A stretch of 64,000 bases of DNA from contig CACEMR010000005.1 of the NCBI GenBank assembly GCA_902560725.1, positions 3,287 to 67,286 on the forward strand, in the 5' to 3' direction. This document shows, piece by piece, positions 9,161 to 18,929 of the stretch. The stretch comes from an uncultured Alphaproteobacteria bacterium (lineage in GTDB: Bacteria; Pseudomonadota; Alphaproteobacteria; HIMB59; GCA-002718135). The translations under genes were made by a program, and so were the position numbers. Position 1 is the first letter of the stretch. Each line of letters opens with the position of its first letter. Below the pieces are notes generated by a model that ran no database searches, was not told the DNA's origin, and saw only the letters and a program-made list of their open reading frames with translations.

Positions 9161-11965
9161 TTATAATATTTTTTTTAAGAATTTACCAGTATAGCTTTTT
9201 TTATTATTTGCAATATCTTCAGGTGTTCCAGTTCCAATTATTTGACCACCATTGTTACCACCTAATGGGCCTAAATCTATAATATGATCAGCAGTTTTAA
9301 TAACATCAAGATTATGTTCTATAACAATTACAGTATTACCTTCATCAACAAGGGTATGTAAAATTTTTAGTAATTTTTTGACATCATCAAAATGCAATCC
9401 AGTTGTTGGTTCATCAAGTATATATAATGTTTTGCCTGTAGATCTTTTTGATAATTCCTTTGAAAGTTTTATTCTTTGTGCTTCACCTCCAGATAGGGTA
9501 GTTGCTGATTGACCAATTTTTATATAATCTAAACCAACATCCATTAAAGTTTGTAATTTTTGTTTTATTGAGGGAATTTTATCAAAGAAAATATAACCTT
9601 CTTCAACTGTCATATTTAAAACATCAGAAATAGATTTTTCTTTATATTTAATCTCTAATGTTTCACGATTATATCTTTTACCTTTGCAAATATCACATTC
9701 CACATAAACATCTGCAAGAAAATGCATTTCAATTTTTTTAACTCCATCACCTTCACATGACTCACATCTACCACCTTTAACATTAAATGAAAATCTACCA
9801 GGCTTATATCCTCTCGCATTAGATTCATTTAAGTTCGCAAACCAATCACGAATTGGTGTAAAGCATCCAGTGTAAGTTGCAGGATTTGATCTAGGAGTTC
9901 TTCCTATAGGTGATTGATCTATATCAATTACTTTATCTATATTATTGATACCCTTTATATTAAAACGACTTTCATCTTTGCTTAAAGATTTATTAAAATA
10001 TTCATCAAGTCTTTGATATAATGTATCTATTATTAATGATGACTTTCCACTACCAGATACTCCTGTAACTGTAATAAAATTACCTAAAGGTAGCGTAATA
10101 TCTAAATTACGTAAATTATTAGTTTGAACTCTATTAAGTTTAAAAACTTTATTTTTATTAAATTTTCTTCTTTTATTTGGAATTTTAATTTCAAGTGATT
10201 TATTTAAATACTTTGCAGTTAAACTTTTTTTATTATTTAAAACTTTACTTAGGTTGCCCTCTGCAATTATATGACCACCGTTTACTCCAGCATTTATGCC
10301 TATATCTATAATATGGTCGGCTTGTCTTATTGCGTCTTCATCATGTTCTACTACTATTACAGTATTTCCTAGATCTCTTAGTTTAAACAATGTTTCTATT
10401 AATTGTTGATTATCTTTTTGATGCAATCCTATAGAAGGCTCATCTAAAACATATAATACTCCTGTTAATCCAGAACCAATTTGACTTGCCAATCTAATTC
10501 TCTGACTTTCACCCCCTGATAAAGTCTTACTTGCTCTAGCAAGTGATAAATAATCAAGTCCAACTCTATTTAAAAAAATAAGCCTATCCTTGATTTCTTT
10601 TATTACTCCTTCAGCAATTTTTTGATTATTTTTGTCTAGTTTATTATTTAAATTTTCAAACCATTTTAAACATTCACTAATTGTCTTTTTGGTTATTTCA
10701 CCAATATGAATATTATCAATCTTTATCGATAAAGCTTTTTCATTCAATCTATATCCTTTACATATTTCACAATTTCTTTCAGATAAATATTTCTCTAATT
10801 CATATTGCAACCACCATCTTTCAGTTTCTTCATATTTTCTATCGATAAAATTAATTATTCCTTCATAGTCATAAAGGAAACTTAATTCATTATTTTCATC
10901 TCCGTATAGAATGATTTTTTTAACCTTATTGGGAATTTTATTCCAAGCTGTGTTTTTATTAATTTTGTATTGTTTTAAAATTTTATTAATTGTTTCAACA
11001 AAAAATTTTTTTTGATATCCAAAAACTTTCGTTTCCCATGGTTTTATTGCACCATCAGCTATCGATCTTGAGTCATCAGGAATTATTTTATTTTCATCAA
11101 AATACTTTTCTACTCCTAAACCATCACATTCTGAACACGCACCCTGTGGTGCATTAAAACTAAAAAGTCTTGGTTCTATCTCCTCAATACTAAAACCAGA
11201 TACAGGACAAGCAAATTTTGATGAAAAAATTGTTATTTTTTTTGTATCTATATTTTCTAGATATAATAAACCATCTGATAATGTAAGCGCTACCTCTATA
11301 CTTTCACTAAGCCTTTGTTGAATATTATTTTTTACTACTAATCTATCAATTACTACATCTATATTATGTTTATAATTTTTTTTTAAATTTGGCACCTCAT
11401 CAATATCATAAACATTATTATCTATTTTTAATCTTTGATAACCTCTTTTTTTTAAATCTTCTATCTCTTTACGATATTCACCTTTTCTATCTCTAACAAT
11501 AGGAGATAGTAAATATATTTTTTGATCTTTGTTATTTTTAATTATTTGATCTGTCATTTCACTGACTGATTGTGATTTAATTGGTTTCCCTGTTGTTGGT
11601 GAGTAAGGTATTCCAACTCTAGCAAATAAAACTCTCAAGTAATCATAAATTTCAGTTACGGTTCCAACTGTACTTCTTGGGTTTTTTTGAGTTGTTTTCT
11701 GTTCAATTGATATTGCAGGTGATAATCCATCAATACTATCAACATCAGGCTTATTCATCATTTGCAGAAATTGCCTTGCGTAAGCTGATAAGCTTTCTAC
11801 ATATTTTCTCTGTCCTTCAGAATAAATTGTATCAAAAGCTAATGTTGATTTACCAGATCCACTAACTCCAGTTATTACAACAAGTTTATATTTTGGTATT
11901 TCAAGATTAATATTTTTTAAATTGTGTTCTCGCGCACCTTTTATAACAATTTTATCTAAATTCAT
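9161..11965 (-). CDS. uvrA: Excinuclease ABC subunit A
   Basis: 934 aa. Two ABC modules (GVSGSGKSTLAF and GVSGSGKSSLI; LSGGESQR and LSGGEAQR). Zinc-finger cysteines are present. Confidence 0.97.
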   Translation of the reverse strand: MNLDKIVIKGAREHNLKNINLEIPKYKLVVITGVSGSGKSTLAFDTIYSEGQRKYVESLSAYARQFLQMMNKPDVDSIDGLSPAISIEQKTTQKNPRSTVGTVTEIYDYLRVLFARVGIPYSPTTGKPIKSQSVSEMTDQIIKNNKDQKIYLLSPIVRDRKGEYRKEIEDLKKRGYQRLKIDNNVYDIDEVPNLKKNYKHNIDVVIDRLVVKNNIQQRLSESIEVALTLSDGLLYLENIDTKKITIFSSKFACPVSGFSIEEIEPRLFSFNAPQGACSECDGLGVEKYFDENKIIPDDSRSIADGAIKPWETKVFGYQKKFFVETINKILKQYKINKNTAWNKIPNKVKKIILYGDENNELSFLYDYEGIINFIDRKYEETERWWLQYELEKYLSERNCEICKGYRLNEKALSIKIDNIHIGEITKKTISECLKWFENLNNKLDKNNQKIAEGVIKEIKDRLIFLNRVGLDYLSLARASKTLSGGESQRIRLASQIGSGLTGVLYVLDEPSIGLHQKDNQQLIETLFKLRDLGNTVIVVEHDEDAIRQADHIIDIGINAGVNGGHIIAEGNLSKVLNNKKSLTAKYLNKSLEIKIPNKRRKFNKNKVFKLNRVQTNNLRNLDITLPLGNFITVTGVSGSGKSSLIIDTLYQRLDEYFNKSLSKDESRFNIKGINNIDKVIDIDQSPIGRTPRSNPATYTGCFTPIRDWFANLNESNARGYKPGRFSFNVKGGRCESCEGDGVKKIEMHFLADVYVECDICKGKRYNRETLEIKYKEKSISDVLNMTVEEGYIFFDKIPSIKQKLQTLMDVGLDYIKIGQSATTLSGGEAQRIKLSKELSKRSTGKTLYILDEPTTGLHFDDVKKLLKILHTLVDEGNTVIVIEHNLDVIKTADHIIDLGPLGGNNGGQIIGTGTPEDIANNKKSYTGKFLKKIL

Positions 11966-12022
11966 TAATATTTGTATTAGTTAAAAGCTTTATTATGTTA
12001 TATGGATATATAGAGAAATTAT

Positions 12023-12496
12023 ATGGTTGGTAGTGTTAATAAGGCTATTTTATTAGGAAATTTGGGCAGAGATCCTGAAATAAGATCAATGCAGTCAGGA
12101 GCTAAAATGGCATCCTTTTCTATTGCAACGTCTAAGCGTTGGAAAGATAGAAATACACAAGAGCAAAAAGAAAAGACATCTTGGCATAACATTGTTGTTT
12201 TTGGTGATGGACTCGTAGATATTGTTGAAAAATATGTAAAAAAAGGTTCAAAAATTTATGTAGAAGGTGAGTTACAAACTCGCAAATGGCAAGATAAAGA
12301 TGGAAATGATAGATACACCACAGAAGTAATATTGCAGGGCTATAATAGCAATCTAACACTTCTTGATAGTAGAAATAATTCTCAAGTATCATCTGATAAT
12401 TCAGAACAAATGGATCAATCAAAATCAATTGATGATAATTCATTTGAAAGTCAGAAAGCTGATTCTGAAGATTTGGATGAAGATATACCTTTCTAA
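12023..12496 (+). CDS. ssb: Single-stranded DNA-binding protein
   Basis: 157 aa. OB-fold N-terminus VNKAILLGNLGRDPE, acidic tail ending DEDIPF. Divergent from uvrA. Confidence 0.95.
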   Translation: MVGSVNKAILLGNLGRDPEIRSMQSGAKMASFSIATSKRWKDRNTQEQKEKTSWHNIVVFGDGLVDIVEKYVKKGSKIYVEGELQTRKWQDKDGNDRYTTEVILQGYNSNLTLLDSRNNSQVSSDNSEQMDQSKSIDDNSFESQKADSEDLDEDIPF

Positions 12497-12637
12497 TAAA
12501 TATTCTTTAATTTTATATTTAAATTATTGATAAATAGGTATTTATATTGCTTATTTCTTAGTTTTTATCATTTGTTTAAATTTTAATTTTTGTTATAAAA
12601 AAAGTATAATTTTTCACAGAAATACGAGTTTTTTTAA

Positions 12638-15316
12638 GTGCCTGACGATACAGATATATCCAATGAAAATAAGAAAAATGAGAGTACCTCATCCATAAGT
12701 TTAGAAGAGGAAATGCAGAGATCCTATTTGGATTATGCAATGTCTGTTATTGTTAGTAGAGCTCTTCCAGATTGTAGAGATGGTTTAAAACCAGTTCATA
12801 GAAGAATTCTTTATTCAATGAATGAGTCTGGATATAACTATAATAAGGCTTACAAGAAATCTGCTCGAATTGTAGGTGATGTAATGGGTAAATATCACCC
12901 ACATGGAGACTCAGCAATTTATAATTCTATGGTTAGAATGGCTCAAGATTTTTCAATGCGCCTAGAGTTAATTGACGGTCAAGGTAATTTTGGTTCATTA
13001 GATGGAGATCCTCCAGCTGCAATGCGTTACACTGAAGCTAGATTGTCTAAAGTATCTGATAGATTAGTTGAAGATATTGAAAAAAATACAATATCTTTTC
13101 AGCCAAATTATGATGATACAACTTTAGAACCTACAGTACTTCCTTCACAATTTCCAAATTTATTAGTTAATGGAGCCTCAGGAATAGCTGTTGGGATGGC
13201 TACAAATATCGCTCCTCATAATTTGGGTGAAGTAATAAATGCAACTCTTCATCTAATTTCTAATCCTGATTGTAACACTATCGATCTTCAAAAATATATT
13301 TTTGGACCCGACTTTCCAACTGGTGGACAAATAATAGGTAAAAAAGGAATTTCTGAAACTTTTGAAACAGGTAAGGGGAGTTGTGTTGTAAGATCAAAAA
13401 CCAGTATAGAAATTTTTAAAAAAGATAGAGAGGCAATCATATTACATGAAATCCCATACCAAGTTAATAAATCAAAGTTGTTAGAGAGAATTGCAGAAAT
13501 TGTTAAAAACGGGATAGTGGAGGGTATCTCAGATTTAAGAGATGAATCAGATAGAAATGGTGTTAGAGTTGTTATCGAACTTAAAAAAGATGTAGACTCA
13601 AATATAATTCTAAATCAACTTTACAAACATACGTTAATTCAAACTACATTTAATTCTAACATGCTAGCTTTAAATAAAGGCAAGCCCGAACAAATGAACC
13701 TTAAAGATATTCTTTGCTCTTTTTTAGATTTTAGAGAAGAAGTAATTACAAAAAGAACTTTATTTGATTTAAATAAAGCTAGAGACAAAGCGCATATATT
13801 AGTAGGTCTAGTAGTAGCAAATGTTTATATTGATGAAATAATTGATTTAATAAAAAAATCAAAAGACTCTAAAGAAGCTAAAAATAAATTAATTAATAAA
13901 AAATGGAAATTAAATAAGGATAATATTTATTTTATCAATCTTGTTGATGATAACAATTCTCAATTAAAAAAAGATATTTTTAACTTATCTGAAAATCAAG
14001 CTAAGGCAATTTTGGAATTAAGACTTCAAAAACTAACAGCTTTAGAAAGAGATGATATTCAAAAAGATTTAGAAAAATTAATTTTAGAAATTAAAAACTA
14101 TTTAAAAATTTTAAATTCTAGAAAAATATTATTAAAAGTAATTGAAAAAGAATTAATTGATATAAAACAAGAATTTTCAACAGATCGTAAGAGTGAAATA
14201 ATTGATAAAGAATATGAGCAAGTAGATGATCTAAAATATATTCAACAAGAAGATATAGTTTTAACTATTTCCAATAATGGATATATTAAAAGATCTTTAT
14301 TAACAAACTATCGTTCTCAAAAAAGAGGAGGCAAAGGTAAAACAGGCATGTCTACTAGGGAGGAGGATTTTGTAAAAGAAATTCATTTTGCAAATACACA
14401 TACTAAACTTTTAGTATTCTCCTCTTTAGGTAAAGTATACTCATTAAAATCACACGATGTGCCAGAAGCTAGTCTTAAGGCAAGAGGAAAGCCAATCATT
14501 AATTTATTACCATTTAAAAACTCAGAAAAAATTTCAACATTTTTAACATTGCCTTTAGATGAGAAACTATGGGATGATTACTATGTTATATTTGCTACAA
14601 AAAAAGGTATGGTAAGAAAAAATAAATTAATTGATGTTGCGAAAAGTGGCAAAAGAGAACTTAGAGATTCTGGAAAAGTCGCTATTAAGTTAGATGAAAA
14701 TGATTCACTAATTGGTGTTAAATTGTGTTCAGTAGATGAAGATATATTACTTTCTTCATCTAACGGTAAATGTCTCCGTTTCCCTGTTTCAAAATTAAGA
14801 TTGTTTTCAGGTTTAAATTCCTCTGGAGTTCGAGGTATTAAGCTTGAAAAAGAAAATAATATTATTTCTTTGTCCATTTTAAAACATTCTATTATTGATA
14901 TGAATATCAGAAATGAATATTTAAAGGCAGCTTCTGATAATCGAAGAAATGGATCTTTAACTCTTAAGAATGGATTTGAAGAACTTAATAATAATGAAGA
15001 ATTTTTATTAGCTGTTACATCAAAAGGTTTTGGTAAAAGATCATCTGCTTATGAGTATAGAATATCTAATAGAGGTGGAAAGGGCATCACTGGAATTTTA
15101 ACTTCTTCAAAAAATGGCCATGTAGTTGATTGTTTTGTTGTTCAAGGCAATGATGAAATTATTTTAGTTAGTGATAAAGGACAAATAATTAGAGTTAATG
15201 TAAATCAAATTAGAATAGGGGGCAGATCTACTAAGGGTGTTAGTATTTTTAAAATACCAGATAAAGATAGAATTGTTTCAGTATCTAGAATACAAGAGAT
15301 AGATAAAGATGAGTAA
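12638..15316 (+). CDS. gyrA: DNA gyrase subunit A
   Basis: 892 aa, GTG start. [26 protein letters not shown] and HPHGDSAIY (QRDR region). C-terminal beta-pinwheel repeats. Confidence 0.97.
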   Translation: MPDDTDISNENKKNESTSSISLEEEMQRSYLDYAMSVIVSRALPDCRDGLKPVHRRILYSMNESGYNYNKAYKKSARIVGDVMGKYHPHGDSAIYNSMVRMAQDFSMRLELIDGQGNFGSLDGDPPAAMRYTEARLSKVSDRLVEDIEKNTISFQPNYDDTTLEPTVLPSQFPNLLVNGASGIAVGMATNIAPHNLGEVINATLHLISNPDCNTIDLQKYIFGPDFPTGGQIIGKKGISETFETGKGSCVVRSKTSIEIFKKDREAIILHEIPYQVNKSKLLERIAEIVKNGIVEGISDLRDESDRNGVRVVIELKKDVDSNIILNQLYKHTLIQTTFNSNMLALNKGKPEQMNLKDILCSFLDFREEVITKRTLFDLNKARDKAHILVGLVVANVYIDEIIDLIKKSKDSKEAKNKLINKKWKLNKDNIYFINLVDDNNSQLKKDIFNLSENQAKAILELRLQKLTALERDDIQKDLEKLILEIKNYLKILNSRKILLKVIEKELIDIKQEFSTDRKSEIIDKEYEQVDDLKYIQQEDIVLTISNNGYIKRSLLTNYRSQKRGGKGKTGMSTREEDFVKEIHFANTHTKLLVFSSLGKVYSLKSHDVPEASLKARGKPIINLLPFKNSEKISTFLTLPLDEKLWDDYYVIFATKKGMVRKNKLIDVAKSGKRELRDSGKVAIKLDENDSLIGVKLCSVDEDILLSSSNGKCLRFPVSKLRLFSGLNSSGVRGIKLEKENNIISLSILKHSIIDMNIRNEYLKAASDNRRNGSLTLKNGFEELNNNEEFLLAVTSKGFGKRSSAYEYRISNRGGKGITGILTSSKNGHVVDCFVVQGNDEIILVSDKGQIIRVNVNQIRIGGRSTKGVSIFKIPDKDRIVSVSRIQEIDKDE

Positions 15317-15800
15317 AATTGGAATTTATCCAGGAACTTTTGACCCAATGACCAATGGCCATATGGATATTATAAAAAGATCACTTAAAATAGTTGATCA
15401 TTTAGTCATAGCTGTAGCAAAAAATTTAAATAAAAACTCATTATTTAATGTAATTGAAAGAATTGATATTGTTAAAAATGATATCAGTTTATTAAATAAT
15501 ATTAATTCTAAAATCAAAGTAACTGAATTATCAGGTTTATTAACAACTTTTGCTAAAAATCAAAATGCTACATGTATAATTCGTGGTTTAAGAGCTGTAT
15601 CGGATTTTGAATATGAATTTCAAATGACTGGAATGAATTATCAATTAAATCCAGACATTGAGACTATATTTCTCATGACTTCAGAAAAAAACTCATTTAT
15701 TTCTTCTAATTTTGTTAAAGAAGTCCACAAACTCGGTGGTGATGTTTCTAATTTCGTATCTAATAATACTTTAAACATACTTAACAAAAAAAACACATAG
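15309..15800 (+). CDS. coaD: Phosphopantetheine adenylyltransferase
   Basis: 163 aa. [18 protein letters not shown] (T/HxGH nucleotidyltransferase motif). Overlaps gyrA by 8 nt. Confidence 0.95.
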   Translation: MSKIGIYPGTFDPMTNGHMDIIKRSLKIVDHLVIAVAKNLNKNSLFNVIERIDIVKNDISLLNNINSKIKVTELSGLLTTFAKNQNATCIIRGLRAVSDFEYEFQMTGMNYQLNPDIETIFLMTSEKNSFISSNFVKEVHKLGGDVSNFVSNNTLNILNKKNT

Positions 15801-15808
15801 TTAATCAC

Positions 15809-15837
15809 TTGCACTTACAATATTTGAACTATATAGA
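15809..15837 (+). promoter_or_regulatory. Candidate sigma70-type promoter for tRNA-Lys (TTGCAC-17 nt-TATAGA)
   Basis: -35 TTGCAC at 15809-15814, 17-nt spacer, -10 TATAGA at 15832-15837, 13 nt before the mature tRNA 5' end. Hexamer matches are easy to find by chance in AT-rich DNA. Confidence 0.4.
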
Positions 15838-15850
15838 ATATTCTTTCGAT

Positions 15851-15926
<76 letters not shown>

Positions 15927-15933
15927 TCAAAAT

Positions 15934-16116
15934 ATGAATAAAACTAAGATTAAGAACATAGCGTCTGGTATAGAAAAAAGCTGTGATATATTAAGAAAAA
16001 ATGATCAATTACTTGAAGTTGTTTTAGAAGATACAACTATAAAGATTTTGCTTAAAAAAAAGACAAATAAGTACGTTGGTTATTTCAAAGATATGGAGTT
16101 TGAGTCGGATGGTTAG
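15934..16116 (+). CDS. Hypothetical small protein (60 aa)
   Basis: The ORF-track ORF 15892-16116 starts inside the tRNA. The first ATG after the tRNA is at 15934 (MNKTKIKNIASGIEKS...). It fills the gap exactly and its stop overlaps the convergent ykgJ-like stop. No recognisable family. Confidence 0.35.
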   Translation: MNKTKIKNIASGIEKSCDILRKNDQLLEVVLEDTTIKILLKKKTNKYVGYFKDMEFESDG

Positions 16117-16550
16117 TTTTTATTTCTAATATTTAGTTCATTTTCATAATCTATTTGTACTTGTTTTAAAATTTCTTTCTTTGTTTTTATTTTACCTTTT
16201 CCTACACCTGGACAATTTTTAGCAATATCGCTATTCCAAGTCTTTATATTCATATTTTCAGGCCAAAAAGGCCACGTTCTGCATTGTATAGGTCTTGATT
16301 TATAAACACTACATTTTTTGTCTTTCAAAAATAAACAATTACCTTTATTTTTTTTTAATTCCTTTAAGTGAATGAAACCATCAGTCTTTTGACAATAGTT
16401 TTTTATAAATTTTTGTTGTGTTATTTTAAGTTCAATAGCCAATTTTTTTATATCTTTTTTACTTAAATAAACAAAACCATAGTTACCCCTCGAAACACAG
16501 CAATTTCCTGAACCCTGACACTCAAATCTAATACCTTTTTCTATATCCAT
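16113..16550 (-). CDS. YkgJ-family cysteine-cluster (Zn/Fe-S) protein
   Basis: 145 aa. FECQGSGNCC near the N-terminus and CSVYKSRPIQCRTWPFWP later match the UPF0153/YkgJ pattern (C..C.CC ... C..Y..RP..C..FPF). Confidence 0.7.
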   Translation of the reverse strand: MDIEKGIRFECQGSGNCCVSRGNYGFVYLSKKDIKKLAIELKITQQKFIKNYCQKTDGFIHLKELKKNKGNCLFLKDKKCSVYKSRPIQCRTWPFWPENMNIKTWNSDIAKNCPGVGKGKIKTKKEILKQVQIDYENELNIRNKN

Positions 16551-16555
16551 AAAAA

Positions 16556-18637
16556 TTATCCAGCACTAAGAGTTAATATTGCCGCATCTCTCTCTTGCAA
16601 ATATAATAAGTTTCGAAGATTATCACCCTCAATGTTTTCCAATTTAGGATTTTTTGCTAATATATTTTCTACCATAATTTTTGCATCTTCTAATAAGTCG
16701 TAATCAAAACTAAGATCAGCAACATAAAAAGATGGGCTACCAGATTGTTTTTTTCCTAAAATCTCTCCTGGTCCTCTGATTTTAAGATCTTCTTCAGCGA
16801 TTTTAAATCCATCATTAGTTTGCTTCATTATATCGATTCTTTTTTTAGAAGTTTCTCCAATATTTTCTTTGTGTAAAAGTATGCAATAAGATTGAATATC
16901 ATTTCTACCAACACGACCTCTCAATTGATGAAGTTGAGCTAAACCAAATCTTTCTGCATGTTCAACTACAATCGTTGTAGCAGAAGGTATATCAACACCA
17001 ACTTCAATTACAGTTGTAGAAACTAAAATTTTATAATCTTCATTTTTAAATTTAGACATAATTTCTTCTTTATCTATTTCACTTAAACGTCCATGCATTA
17101 AAAGAACTTTTTGCCTAAAATGTTTTTTTAAAATTTTAAATCTTTCTTCTGCAGCTTTTAGGTCTAATTCTTCAGATTCTTCTATTAAAGGGCATACCCA
17201 ATAAAATTTAGACGTGGAATTTTTAATTCTCTCTTTTATTCTATCAATAAGTTGAAGCTCTTTTGTTAATGACAATGAGCTAGTTATAATGGGTTTGCGG
17301 CCTAAAGGTTTTTCAATTAATTTACTCTCTTTCATATCTCCATATGCTGCTAATGTTAATGTTCTTGGAATAGGGGTAGCACTCATTACTAAAATATTCG
17401 GTTTATGATTTTTATGATTAAATACCATTCTTTGATATACTCCAAATCTATGTTGTTCATCAATTACCGCTAAACCTAAATTTTTAAATTTTACAGTGTC
17501 TTGTATCAATGCATGAGTACCAATTATAATATCTGCATTTCCATTTTCAATTTTGTTTAATTTATCTTTCCTTTCCTTCCCCTTATCCTTTCCAGTAAGA
17601 ACAAGAACATTTATTTTTGAATCTTTTAATAAATCTAAAATATTCTCATAATGCTGAAATGCAAGAATTGTAGTAGGTACCATTAAAGCAGATTGAAAAT
17701 TACTTTCAAAAACTTTTATCATTGAAATTAAAGCTACAATAGTTTTCCCAGATCCAACATCTCCTTGCAACAATCTTATCATTTGATTAGAACTTGCTAG
17801 GTCATTAAGTATTTCTTTGATTACATTGTTTTGTGAATTGGTTAGTTTAAATTTTAAATTAGAGTAAAATTTATTTATTGTCTTATTTTCACTATTAATT
17901 TTTAGTCCTTTTTTCTTTTGATTAAAATTTCTCATAATACCTATTGCTAATTGATGAGATAATAATTCATCAAATGCCAATCTTCTTCTGAATAAATTCT
18001 TATTTTTAATATTATTATCACTTGGATTATGAAGATTTTTAACTACTTCATTCCATGGTTTAAATTTATATTTATTTAATATTTCACTTTCTATCCATTC
18101 ATTAAAATTTGGTAAATTGCTTAATATTTGATCAGTTAACTTATTCATTACTTTTTGATTTAAGCCATTAGTAAGACTATAGACTGCTTCTTTACTTTTT
18201 ATTATTTTGTTATTATTTAAATCGCTTACATGACTAGGATGAGTTATTTGAAAGCTGTTTCTAAAATATTCTAATTTTCCAGATATTAATTTATTTTCAT
18301 TTTTTGGAAGCATTTGCCTCAACATAGGATGTCTTGCATTAAAATATACTAAATCAATATTTGTATCTCCACAGATACATTTAATTTTATATGGTTGTCT
18401 TTTAAATCTTGAGGGTTCATGTTTAATAATTTTTAAATTTAATGTTACTAATGAATTAATCTCTGCATCATGAATATTTTCATAGAATTTTCTTTCAAGA
18501 ATATTATTAGGTATATTCCAAACAAAATGGATATTCTTATAAATACCTAATTTATTAATAATTTGTTCTAATTTTGGACCAACTCCTTTTAGAGATGATA
18601 TTGAAGATAATAAGTAATTTAAATTCTTAGGTCTCAT
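16556..18637 (-). CDS. recG: ATP-dependent DNA helicase RecG
   Basis: 693 aa. Helicase motifs GDVGSGKT, DEQHRFG, SATPIPRT and QLRGRVGR, plus an N-terminal wedge/OB region. Confidence 0.95.
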   Translation of the reverse strand: MRPKNLNYLLSSISSLKGVGPKLEQIINKLGIYKNIHFVWNIPNNILERKFYENIHDAEINSLVTLNLKIIKHEPSRFKRQPYKIKCICGDTNIDLVYFNARHPMLRQMLPKNENKLISGKLEYFRNSFQITHPSHVSDLNNNKIIKSKEAVYSLTNGLNQKVMNKLTDQILSNLPNFNEWIESEILNKYKFKPWNEVVKNLHNPSDNNIKNKNLFRRRLAFDELLSHQLAIGIMRNFNQKKKGLKINSENKTINKFYSNLKFKLTNSQNNVIKEILNDLASSNQMIRLLQGDVGSGKTIVALISMIKVFESNFQSALMVPTTILAFQHYENILDLLKDSKINVLVLTGKDKGKERKDKLNKIENGNADIIIGTHALIQDTVKFKNLGLAVIDEQHRFGVYQRMVFNHKNHKPNILVMSATPIPRTLTLAAYGDMKESKLIEKPLGRKPIITSSLSLTKELQLIDRIKERIKNSTSKFYWVCPLIEESEELDLKAAEERFKILKKHFRQKVLLMHGRLSEIDKEEIMSKFKNEDYKILVSTTVIEVGVDIPSATTIVVEHAERFGLAQLHQLRGRVGRNDIQSYCILLHKENIGETSKKRIDIMKQTNDGFKIAEEDLKIRGPGEILGKKQSGSPSFYVADLSFDYDLLEDAKIMVENILAKNPKLENIEGDNLRNLLYLQERDAAILTLSAG

Positions 18638-18680
18638 AGATTTTTATATTATTATAAACTATATTCTATATTCACATTCT

Positions 18681-18929
18681 ATGTCATTCAAATCACTTAA
18701 AAAAGTAATAAAATATAGAGTTTCTTACTCTGGAACAAAAGAAACAGATATATTGTATAAAAAGTATTTTATAGATGATTTTAATAAGTTTAATGAAGAT
18801 GATCTGATTGATATTCAAAAATTATTTAATAATTACTCTGATAATGAAATGTATGATTTTCTAACTAAAAAAAGAAATATTCCTTACCAATATGACAAAA
18901 TTTTTAAAAAAATACTAAATGAAAATTAA
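18681..18929 (+). CDS. sdhE: SdhE/SDHAF2-like FAD assembly factor (DUF339), divergent motif
   Basis: 82 aa. Sits between recG and mfd, as the DUF339 gene does in alphaproteobacteria. Helical pattern ..SGTKETDILYKKYF....L.EDDLIDIQKLF...D.EMYDFL resembles RGxxE.D.LL..F...L......F..LL...D.DL..W. Confidence 0.55.
   Translation: MSFKSLKKVIKYRVSYSGTKETDILYKKYFIDDFNKFNEDDLIDIQKLFNNYSDNEMYDFLTKKRNIPYQYDKIFKKILNEN

Noticed and set aside
11966-12022. Alphaproteobacterial SOS box (GTTC-N7-GTTC) in the divergent uvrA/ssb spacer.
   Set aside because: No GTTC or GAAC occurs in the 57-nt spacer.
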